A DNA stretch of 64,000 nt from Octopus sinensis (taxonomy: Eukaryota): assembly GCF_006345805.1 (NCBI RefSeq), contig NC_042997.1, positions 120,032,001 to 120,096,000 on the forward strand, read 5' to 3'. How positions within the stretch are numbered: position 1 is the first letter of the stretch; every line of letters begins with the position of its first letter. Under the pieces are notes generated by a model. It saw only the letters and a list, made by a program, of their open reading frames with translations, searched no databases and was not told where the DNA came from. Of this stretch, positions 52,357 to 64,000 are shown in pieces. Both the position numbers and the translations under genes were made by a program.

Positions 52357-53918
52357 GTGTGTGTAACATTCACACACACGCACACGCACACACATATATA
52401 TTGTACTATTATTATACGAGTTGTGTGCAGTTGGATGAAGGAAAGTATATAACCCCGTCTAACAGGCGTAAAATTTCGTAAATTATAATCTCGAAAATTT
52501 TTCTGATTAAATTTTGGATCATATCAATCTTGGTTATATAATCCACAACTTAGATGTTTATCTTTTATTTTAAGTGAAAGAAGATTAGGCGATCATTTCT
52601 ATTTAAGTATACAATTTGAATAACGAATATTTTATTGATATCAAGCAAAAATACTGACAAGAATTTCTCATGAAAAACGCCCATCATACTTTAATTTCTA
52701 TCTTCCCTTATATACACCTTGACTGCTTTTATGAAAATTTAGACACAATTAGATTTTAAATTAGTCTCTAATGGCCAATTAATGCTCTAATTCTTGTTTG
52801 TGCTATAAAGCAATTCTGTACGTAATGCACATACATCCCTGAATTTAATATATTCTCATCAAATGCTTTGATAGAGCTGTCACTTAACGCTACACCCTTT
52901 CAGTATTGATTTCTACCAGGCCTTCGATTTACGGAGAAAAAAGGAGATGAAACTCTTTGATTTTTAGATCATTTGTTTCAAGCAGTAATGACGTAAGCGA
53001 GTAGTCACTTTGTTTACAATGGATAAAGAAAATAGTCGGGGTCATGGAATCATCTCAGTTGTAGTTCTTCTGTGTTATATTGCGCCCAACACTCTATATT
53101 TGATTTCTTTTGACTGTTTAACAACGGCAGCAGAAGCACGTGATTCGCAACAGTCTGATGCATTTCCAAAAATGCATTAAGCACCATAAAGGATGTCAAT
53201 GATGCAAAAGATGCACAGAGAATGATATAAAGTGGTGCATGTTGCATTAACCAAATGCCAGAATATTTACCGAAAAATTTCATGGTTTATGTATTTTTAT
53301 TTATATATCAGAAAGTATGTAAAAACTTAAGAATTATTTGTTATTCATTGATTGGGGACCAATACACAGTGTAGCAATATTATTATCGTTGCTTATTAGA
53401 TATTACGAAAAATATATATTGTGACGATAGCATTGTTAATTTCAACGCAAATTCCTTATATCAAAAGTTTCAGCCGAAATACGCAATCGAATATGGATAG
53501 AAACTATTATTGCCGGATTAATTATATAATGTTTCTGAATCAAACACGACCTCAAAACATTTGAGGGAAGGTTTTATCGGGCAACACATCTTTCATTAAT
53601 TGATTGTTATCTTATTTTATCGACCTTAGAAAGATGACGCTACACTTATACTACAATCTTGCATTGTTTCCAGTATCTGGCCACTGCGTTTTATTTCTTA
53701 ATAATTTCATCAATTAGGTATATAGAGGTACCGTGATCCCGCAAAAGTTTTACACTGTATAATGTGATATGTTATTACAACTGCGATTCTCATCTCTTAT
53801 TTCTAAGCAAAAATCATGAGTGGATAGGGGCCAGAAAGATACACATTATTTTCATTCGCTCCATGCATATGTTTGGTAATGAACTACAGCCGCTATAGAT
53901 GCTCCTTTTTCCTTGTAG

Positions 53919-53942
53919 GTGGTTGGGTTAATTATCAAATGA
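53919..53942 (+). other. Candidate 24-nt micro-exon (GGWVNYQM if phase 1-1)
   Basis: Preceded by gctcctttttccttgtAG and followed by GTAAGC. No homology evidence. Confidence 0.2.
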
Positions 53943-54554
53943 GTAAGCTGTTAACATTGTTTTGTGTTCGCTGCAATGGGCACTTGTGATTAGATTGTAC
54001 TTGGAAAGTATATCTTTCTTTTGACATACTAGCGTATATCTTCATCGTTGCGGCAGCCTATATGACGCAGGCAATATGTCTAGGATAGAAAGACGCAAGC
54101 ATTGTGGAAACGGCAATGGCCCAGCGTGAAGAAGGTGCGTTTGAGTGCACACGTACATGTATCAGCATCTGTGACGGGTGGGGTGTAATCATATGTACGC
54201 AGTTATGTGATTCTTTTTCTAGTAAAATATACCCGGTATTGTTAGTATACTATTATATTTAAGCCGCTCGCGTGCGTCTGGGTACGGAACTTTATTTACT
54301 TATCTCTATGTGTGCAGATATGCATTCGTTTATTCTTATATTTGTCTCAATCACATGCACAAACAGACACAGAAGCAGGCACACATATACATACGTACAT
54401 ATATATATATACATACATGCATACATACACCAACTCACAAATACACAAATCCATACACACACACACACACACATACACACACACACGCGCACGCACGCAC
54501 ACACGCACACACACAAACACACACACACACACACCACACACACACATATATATA

Positions 54555-54935
54555 TCTCTATATATAAACGGCAGTTTGTCTGTGCGTTTTCTGTGTGTCT
54601 GTTTTCTCGTACCCTCACTCTGACCACGGCTTTCAACCGATTCTGATGAAACTTGACACACACATAGCCCAATGTCATAATTCAAAACTAACGCAGCGAA
54701 AATTTTGAAAAGTTCCCCCAGTTCTGAAAAAAATCGATAAATTCGACATGGGGTCGAGAATCATAAACCCAAACCACAGACCGTCTAGGGGACGCAACTC
54801 CACCTTTTTTAACTCTCAAAAAAATTTACCATCATTTTTTTTCCATTTTTTTGCTATTTTTTGGCTATAACTCTCTAAAAATGCTTTATAGTTATTTCCC
54901 TTACAAACCTGAGCAACGCCGGGCGATACTGCTAG
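54555..54935 (+). mobile_element. Non-autonomous Helitron, complete
   Basis: 5' A|TC, 3' hairpin cctg-agcaacgc-cggg then CTAG|T, no target-site duplication. About 96% identical to 58576-58959. Confidence 0.85.
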
Positions 54936-55613
54936 TATATATATATATGCATGTATGTTTGTTTGTAGTATACATAAGATCCAGATGTTCTCCGTACAGA
55001 ATAAACTTAGAAGCAGTCAAAGATTCAAATTTGAGCGAATATAGAAACAAATCTGGGCATAAGCAAACTAGACAGGACAATATATGAAAAACATATTAAA
55101 CACATGATGGATATGTTACACATATATCAATTTTATATATTGTTGAATCTAATTTGCTTATCCCCACATTTGTTTCTCTCACTCTCTTTGTAGGCATAAC
55201 TAAAAATGCAATTCGTTAAGCCGCACGTGCTTTTGACGCTCGTGTCGGTTTAATAGATTGTATTTAAGACAAACCTCTGCTGATTATGTATAGATGTTTA
55301 TGTAAGTAAAATTACATATTACATTAGTAATGAAACAATTTGGTCAGGGTCAATCTATTTATTCGTTATATTTCACTTTCCTTCCGTTAAATGTATGTTA
55401 TTTCTAATTGGAAACATCTTTTTCTGTGACTGTACTATCGGGGCTATTTTTAGCACTAGAGTTATCCACATAGTAGTTAACTCTCTAATAATTTATATAT
55501 ATATATATACACACTCACACGCACATAAATATAAATAAATAAATATATATATATATGTATATATGACAAGGAACCGTTTGGTATTTCAAATGTCATGAGT
55601 ATGTGTGTTGCAG

Positions 55614-55699
55614 GCAATGCTGAGAGGAAACTGAATGATAGAGAATACCTGATGTTCAACAACTGTATTCGGTTCGTGGAATCTGATACAGACGAATAA
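55614..55699 (+). other. Candidate terminal coding exon (xNAERKLNDREYLMFNNCIRFVESDTDE*)
   Basis: tgtgttgCAG acceptor, protein-like composition, TAA at 55697-99 and several AATAAA immediately after. Unrecognised peptide, weak pyrimidine tract. Confidence 0.2.
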
Positions 55700-56589
55700 A
55701 CAATAAAATCTACACAGCGACTGCAATAAATATCAGCAATAAAAATAACAACCACAATGTCTCTCTTATATGGTGATTTAACCATTACTATCGCAGAGGA
55801 ATTCGGTTTTCTGTGACTACACATCAAATAATACAAACGCAGTGAATATCTTTGTTTCTCAATAAATCAATAATGTACAACTTAGGTTCATAGGTTAAAA
55901 GTAGCAAAATTCACAATTGTTTATGGTGCAGTAATTCTTTGACCATAGTAACGCTTGACCTAATGGATCTGTGCGGTTTGTTTGAACGAATATGTTGATA
56001 TGCTTTTCATGATTTTCAATGTTACCATTATGTGGTATTAAACATTATTCGTCCTCCTGCATTTGTTATAAGGCATTAGATGGTACCGTAAATATATTAC
56101 GCTTTGTTTATAGGTCTTCTATCGAAAAGGCGCCATAAATGGCAGATATTCTACGTTAATGCGAATCTATGTTTTACTATCTCTTTTGAACTATTCAGCT
56201 CTTTTACTTTTGAGTGAGGTCAGTGTCATCCGAATTCATTAAATTAAAATGATGCATTTCAAACATTCAATCCAGGATCTATAATGTAACTCTCAGTCGT
56301 ACATAGTCATTTGCACATTTGTTATTAGTACACAGGTAAATTTGTCATTTTGGCAATTTAGGATAACTATTGATTTCGCTTGGCTGCATTTGGTTTAAAG
56401 GAAATTTTATATGAACTCTGATTTTGCAACAAATTATGTGATATCTGTAGATGGTAACTAAGACAACTATGGACAAATGCACTGGTTGTATTTTACTTGG
56501 ATTAATCAAACGATATCTTAGTTACTTGGTTAACTGTCTAACCAATTGGCAAATAAAGACGCGAAATAGAAATGTAATCTTAGGGGTTT

Positions 56590-56825
56590 AAGGGATTATC
56601 ATTACTCACTTATTTCTTTATTGACCACAACGGGTTAAACATAGATGGGACAAACAAGGGATTCAGTTGAATATATCGACCCCAGTGCGTAACTGGTACT
56701 TAATTTATCAACCCCAAAATGATGAAAGGCAAGGTATACCTCGGCGGAATTTGAACTCAGAACGTAACGGCAGACGAAATACCACTAAGCATTTCACCAG
56801 GCGCGCTAAAGTTTCTGCCAGTAAT
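56590..56825 (-). mobile_element. tRNA-headed SINE family C
   Basis: Aligns with 19166-19399 (atcgaccccagtgcgtaactggtact...cctcggcggaatttgaactcagaacgta). Confidence 0.85.
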
Positions 56826-58575
56826 TATCAATATGCACTCTGAATCCTTAGGAAGTATACGCATGCATGGCCTTCATATGTTTTTCTTCTTCCTTCATTT
56901 TTTTCATCGTCTTTTAGAGGAAATCTTACAGAGGGATTTAACGATTGAATCGAGTTCTAAACCATATCAGTGTCTGTGCCAAATTTTGGTGTGTGTCTCT
57001 GTGGGGGGGGGGGTGAACAACATACTAGATTATATACTGATAACCGTAAAGCAACTACATATGATGGAAGAGCACATCGTACAGCTTCCTATATTCATTT
57101 ACAGAGAGACAATTTGGTGGTTTTGTCTTGCTTTTCACTGCAATATATTCTGCTCATAGGATGTTCTATACTCCGCATGACATGCCAAGATGTGCTTCTT
57201 TAAATTGTTATCAATGACATACGATTTGATACACATTTCCAGGAATTACAGCTAACCTGATGAGGAATCAATTATTATCCATCCTCCTCTAGTTGATATA
57301 AGAGACGCTACTATTTCTTTGAGAGACTAAATTCTAAAAGGCAGTAGTGTAAATTGGAGAGATTGTAAGTCAATGGAGTGTTATATTTTACTCTCTCTGT
57401 TAAATTATGCAACAGATTCGTTTAATAGTTTGGTCAGCAGCACTTAAATTTGTCGATTGTGGGATCGATAAGGCAATTCTAGGCCATCAGTTTAGTAATT
57501 TATTTCTGTACGCCGGGAAAAGGGTCATTTGGCTAAATTAGAACCTAACATCAGCACAAATAAAGGATTTATTTCATTTGATATTATTAATAGCAATATG
57601 CGCTAGTATTAACTTCTAAAACACCACAAACGCTTGTATTTAGTTAGCGACAGATTCCGGTATAGACTTAAACTTTGTGATACGTTTGTATATTTGTGAC
57701 ATACTATGCAAATAAAAGTTTTATACAAGAAATAGTGACTGCTTTTTAATCAATTTCGAATACGGAATATCGATTTCTAACTATGATTATAATTTCATTC
57801 TGCTTTATATTTTAATATGCGGAGGCAAATAACATACCAATTACATCCAAATTGCTACTTTGTTTATAACCTCGGTGTCATACAACATCGTCCTCATACA
57901 TCCTATAGCTTAAAACGATGACGAAAGCTTACAAATCAGTTAATGGAAAATATACCTCTAATAATATGTATACTCTCGCAGTTGCTTGATAATTTGCGTT
58001 AGTAGCAAATTTTGATGACGAATATGGCTGTCAGCATTCTATAACTATAACTGGTCAGGTCATAAGAGTTGACAACGTATTTTACATTTTACAGCTACGG
58101 TTTACTATGCTAATGTTGTATGTTGTAACTGTTTTTAAGTGTACATTGAGAAGATAACGTTGGGAATACGACATTGTAACGTTGATTAGATGAAAATATC
58201 AGTAGATGTAACACCACTACATGAAGAACGCTTTGAATGCCTCCCGTCAGGGCATTGAAATTATGCAATTATGTAAAAATATTGGTATTTATAGAATATT
58301 TTATTTCATTTTTATAATATAAAACGTATCTATCAACGTATTTCTAGAAAATATCATATGTTATAACAAACGTAAATATATTTCTATATATTGTACATGA
58401 AGGTCCAAATTTTAACCACGACTATTTTGTGTATATAAACGCAATGCTTACATTCTTTGCACCATTTTTGTTTACGTTAAAAAGATTGATATGCTGTATT
58501 ATACAATAGTTTTGGCATCATGTAATTAGTGATAAAGCGTGAGAAATAAACTGAAAATAATATACTTATATAATA

Positions 58576-58959
58576 CTAGCAGTATCGCCCGGCGTTGCTC
58601 AGGTTTGTAAGGGAAATAACTATAAAGCATTTTTAGAGAGTTATAGCCCAAAAATAGCAAAAAAATGGAAAAAAAATGATGGTAAATTTTTTTGAGAGTT
58701 AAAAAAGGTCGAGTTGCGTCCCCTAGACAGTCTGTGGTTTGTGTTTCTGATTCTCGACCCCATGTCGAATTTATCGATTTTTTTCAGAACTGGGAGAACT
58801 TTTCAAAATTTTCGCTGCGTTAGTTTTGAATTATGACATTGGGCTATGTGTGTGTCAAGTTTCATCAGAATCGGTTGAAAGCCGTGGTCAGGGTGAGGGT
58901 ACAACCAAACAGACACACAGAAACACACACAGACAAACTGCCGTTTATATATAGAGAGA
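58576..58959 (-). mobile_element. Non-autonomous Helitron, complete, inverted relative to 54555-54935
   Basis: Same TC start, hairpin and CTAG end on the minus strand. Confidence 0.85.
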
Positions 58960-59281
58960 TAGTGTAAAACACATTTATAAGTTGTTTTTTTTTTCATCAA
59001 TACATACGATGACGAATGCAAACAATATTATGTATGTCCGTGACAGAAAAAGAAGGAATGTATCGTATATAGATGCATATTTACATTTTTTGTAACCTAC
59101 TGTGTTGGCTAAATTAAGTATAGATACACACTACAGTATATCATAACAGCGAAACAAAACACTGTTTAAACACTAGTAGTGTTAACACATTAGCATACTC
59201 ATATTTCTTAGTCGTGAGTAATTTCAGATGATCAACATTCTCAGATATTTCGGTGGATACTTTTAGTTGTTCAGCGGTAAA

Positions 59282-59341
59282 ATCCACTGTTATTCCCATC
59301 CACTGTTATTCTCATCCACTGTTATTCTCATCCACTGTTAT
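59282..59341. repeat. 16-bp minisatellite, about 3.7 copies
   Basis: atccactgttattc(c/t)c repeated. Confidence 0.9.
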
Positions 59342-59805
59342 ACGTTTTCTATCTTCTCAATATACACACTGTATCAATAATATGAACGCGTCCATTTAGA
59401 CGTAGCTGTAAAAACATGATCGCATTACTTACAGTGATAAAACAATGAATGCATATATCCGTCAGATGAAGATATGTATTAACTTGATCTTTCATGAGTG
59501 CGGACATATTTTTAAATTGTTGGGGTTAGAAAGATGGACAGTGCACTAAGTGTTCGAGGCACCCATTAGACCAGTGACACTGGTGGCATTAATATTGCTC
59601 TGGAGCAGTTAAACCAATCATTTACGGAGAAAACAGAGATCGTGAGAAACCTCTAGAGGTTGATGACGATTGTGGGACGGAATGATTAATCGTAGTGATT
59701 GGCCTACACTGTCGGACACAGCAAATTTGGTGAGAGCAGGAATGAAAGTTGTGTGTCGGGAATGCTAGAGCGCATGTGATATGTGAAAAGAGAATGGAGT
59801 CTATT

Positions 59806-59869
<64 letters not shown>

Positions 59870-60939
59870 ACGTGCAAATGCAGGTCACATACAGTTTAGG
59901 ACGTTTCTGTGAATTCTTTGATGCGAATCAGTGAACCAGATCTTTTTTCTGAATGCAGTTAAGATGTCTCGAGTGTTGCAGCTGCATCGGTACTGATATG
60001 AGAGCAATATTTTATTCTGAATGTCATATAATCATCGTAATTTATCCTAATTATAGCGGTTGAGGAATTGTAATAAATAGATGGGCAAATATTTAAAATA
60101 TTCTCTTTATAAACATAGGGGCTATATATTTCGTGTGTATTTTTTATTGGAAGCGATTTATAGAAATGTTCACACTAAATATTTGAAATACTCACGCCAT
60201 AGTGATGCGACACCGATTAACATATTTTGTAATCTAACTGAATGGAATGTGTAGGGATATACATTAATCAACTAAGTACATACTGATAGCAATTATGGTT
60301 TTAAGATCGCCATTTGCATGAAAAGCAATTAGAGATTTTTGTCTCGCTTCTAAATGTAATAAACGTGGTGCCTTTTAGAGCATATATGATCCATACTGTG
60401 TCCGAAAAGATATTACAGCAGGAACTGAAAAAATTGCGGCGCATTTGTGCATGATTCCAAATTCAAATATGTTATGCGAAATATGTTCGCGATACAGTCA
60501 CAAACTAGAGCATGTGTGTAGGCACGTATGTAGGCACGTATGTATGTGTGTACATATATATATATATATATATACATATATATGTAAGTATGTATGTATA
60601 CATATATATATATGTGTGTGTGTGCGTGTGTATGCTCCCATAGGACCCATGGACATTATAAGTATTATAATAGTTTTTAGTAATAAGCTGTGGATATGGT
60701 GAGTTGATCTTATAAAAATACATTGAATGCAGAAACACATGTAGCAACATAATAAAATATATATCTCCATCCGTGAAGTATTTCTCATCATTAGTATAGT
60801 TATCCTCCTCTATACGGCGTATACATAGCAATCCCATATTGTTAATTCAGCATGTTAGGAAGAAGATATTGTAGCCAGCAACTAGTAGCATAGGGGCTTT
60901 TGTGAGCGTACCATTATACATGTGCCACATACAAGATGC

Positions 60940-61015
<76 letters not shown>

Positions 61016-63888
61016 GTGAGGGAGAGAAATTGCAGTAAATTGTGAAGAAATATCGTAAAACGGAGCGACTGTATATAGTCAAATTTCTCATTCATTAGTG
61101 TGGTGTAATGCAACATATCCGTAGTTGGTTGAAGAAAACGTGTTTTGCGATTAGTATTCCCATCATATGATGCATACCTATCTTATCAGTTTTAGTCAAG
61201 CATTTTTAGAATCTAAACCCCTAACAGGATTTTGACATAAATAGATACGTTTCATTTATACAGATAATTATGTATGGATATACTTAAGTCTATGAACGTT
61301 TCATTACTACTAAGGATAGATGTTTGTGACAAGTATTCTCGAGGGCCAAAGAGAGACCTTTAGCAACTATATTGGGATTCCTTTAATTGTATTATTCGCT
61401 AAAGATTCGAAGGATGAGTTAGGTTATTAGCTTCGATTACTATTGAATTTTGCATCATTGATTAACAGATTTCGTATATATGATTGGTGTATAATGTACG
61501 TATCCTCTAAATCAATAGAACTGAACTAGTGGATCATGATTTATAACCAATTCTGAAAGTTTGATATCATTTGATCCGATATTATTTATAGCTTTATTCA
61601 CTTTAGTAAATATGAACATTAAAACAGGAAATATCGCCCCAAGCCATCAATTTACATATGAATAACTTTGCATTCAATTGTAATTTATTATTCCCAGTAT
61701 CATCTGTTGGTCAATAAGTTCATATCTAAAGGCGAGTGATGGGGACGAAAGAGAGAAATGTCAAGTATCGATTCCATACGACGTACATTATCACTAAAGA
61801 TATTCTTGTTCTTTTTTTTTTGTTATCTTAATGTATTCTGCAACTGAATAATTACATTCTTTTCCACGTTTCCTCATGAACCGAGGTAAGAGATAAAAGG
61901 CAAGAAAAGAATAGAGAAAGAAATGTTACAGAATATATTTATTAGACGTGGCACGAATTTAATCCAAAGCATCCATACAACAGGGGGGAAATTAGTGTTC
62001 TAAGTGACCTACATATATATTGCTCACATTGTAATATAGTTATGACTATATATTTATCGATATGCTATTAAGAGTCTTAAAGTTATATCAAATGACAAAC
62101 AAAAACGGGGCAAAATGATTACGTGCACAATCAGATTTACTTATAAAATCATCCCGTTATTGGATGATGTTGTACAGAATGAGGGATGCTTTATCTACTG
62201 ACATATGGTTTCTCTATGGCTGTGCGATATACAACGTAGTGTAACTAATGTAATGATGCTTTCGAGAATTAAAGATGACTGCATACATCATTTTATATAT
62301 CATCACCAATAAATATTATCGTTATTCTCCTAATAACTGTCCACAAAGTTTTCTATATTAGATCGCACTTCATCATCAAAATACTTCTATATACATATGC
62401 ATCACCTTTAATTATGTTACAAGTTTTACTGAATGGGCTGCGACAAATGGAATTTTGTCAATGACATTTATTCTAGTATAATGAACAATTTTTATTTATT
62501 TCATCCTCGTTCTTTTTCGAATGGAGAACTTATGCTCATAGTTAAAACGACATAACTGAATGTAATACGTGTATTTCCTCGCGTAAGATCATAAAAACGC
62601 ATGCGCGCACACACACGCATACAGACATATGCATACACGCATATACATATATATGCGTGTGTGTTTGTATATGTATGTATATATGTATGCATGTGTGTAT
62701 GTGTGTATATGTATGTATGTACGTGCGTATGTATGTGTGTATGTATGCATATATGTATATGTATTTTCTGTACTGGAGCAGCTACTAATTCCGCCACACA
62801 TAGCTAAGTTTATTATTAGTGTTGAAGAATGAAACTCTGATGCTTATTCCTACACACCCGTATTGTTATGCTCAGTATCTACGGAGCTTAAACGATAACA
62901 ACTAAGTACACGTACATTACATTAAACATGTAGTTATAGTAATTATGATTGCATGTATAGAAGTTGTGATTATTGAGAGTATATGTCCGGTGAGTATATA
63001 TTCGAAAATAATGACAAATTGTTATAATTTTATTGAGTCTCTGAATTTCACTAAATCAAGAAATAAAACCGTATCCCACTTTGAATAACCTTTAATAGTA
63101 AACTCCAGCAAATGGCCGTTATTCAAACTCAACATATTCGACTATATGAGGTTGTGAAAAATCCTATATCTCTCTTTCTGCTTCAGAAAAATTTAAACGA
63201 TTCTGTAACTCTTTGATTCCAATCAAATAAATTTTGGGTTGATTTCTATAGCGGATATTAAAGAATTCATTAATGTATTTCTGTGCAGGATATCAGTGAA
63301 CATTTGAACTTTTCCGCATCAGTAAATAGAGTTTGTTTTTCTTTTCTTTTACACGATTACTTAGCGCTGAATGAAAATATATGAAGAGAGAGATACAGGG
63401 GTGTAACTAAAAAACGTGAGTTAATTAATTGAGAAAATTGAACCGAAAGCCTATAGCGGGTCTGGATTATGTTAGTGTTTTTCTTTTCTAGATTTATATG
63501 CAAATGATGTAACTAAAAGAACTGTTTTAGTAATACAGAAAGATCTAAAGCTGCAAAGGTGAAGATAGATAAACAAAACGAAAATGAGAGAGAAAAGAGG
63601 ATATAAAAAGATTAAAAGTTGAGAGTTAGAGAAAGACAGACTAAATGTAGATAACAGAAATGAAGAATTTATACAATGAGACGATTATAGAATGCTGTTG
63701 AACATAAGATGAAATAGTATCGATTTGTTATGGGCAGAAGCAACACTCATGTACCAGACTGATATATATATATATACATAAAAAATACATATACGTATAT
63801 ACATACATGCATACACACATAGACACACACTCACACACACATAGACACACACACATAGACACACACACACTCACAGACACACACACAG

Positions 63889-63927
<39 letters not shown>

Positions 63928-64000
63928 ATAAGAAGCAAAAATGCTAATTCTGGAATCTGTGCATGAGATCACTGCGGTAGTTGACGAGTAATATTCGTAC

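Noticed and set aside
52900-53283. Minus-strand hydrophobic ORF resembling GPCR TM6-TM7
   Set aside because: Similarity is compositional only, with several stops and no diagnostic motif.

Overview
AT-rich, microsatellite-dense animal genomic DNA. The SINE, LINE and Helitron families resemble those I recall from Octopus genomes, so the taxon is an inference. One clear protein-coding gene is present: a single coding exon on the minus strand (13669-12437) for a type II membrane GT31 beta-1,3-galactosyltransferase-like protein. Its 5' portion has a strong splice acceptor, three short uORFs and an in-frame GUG extension. Most other recognisable sequence is transposon debris: RTE-like and CR1-like LINE fragments, tRNA-headed SINEs, Helitrons, a mariner remnant, a MITE and several Penelope-like elements (PLEs). 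The main finding is ten type I hammerhead ribozyme (HHR) motifs from five unrelated repeat families between 22.9 and 52 kb. The best case is 38648-39374: two intact HHRs exactly 433 nt apart in near-identical direct repeats. The released monomer has a nested, largely self-complementary fold and a 10-nt segment complementary to its own cleavage site, the architecture expected of a retrozyme producing a circular RNA. Three further HHR-bearing units are palindromes with outward-pointing arms, and one appears to be a tRNA-like head fused to an HHR tail. All alignments, folds and identities were done by eye and need computational confirmation.
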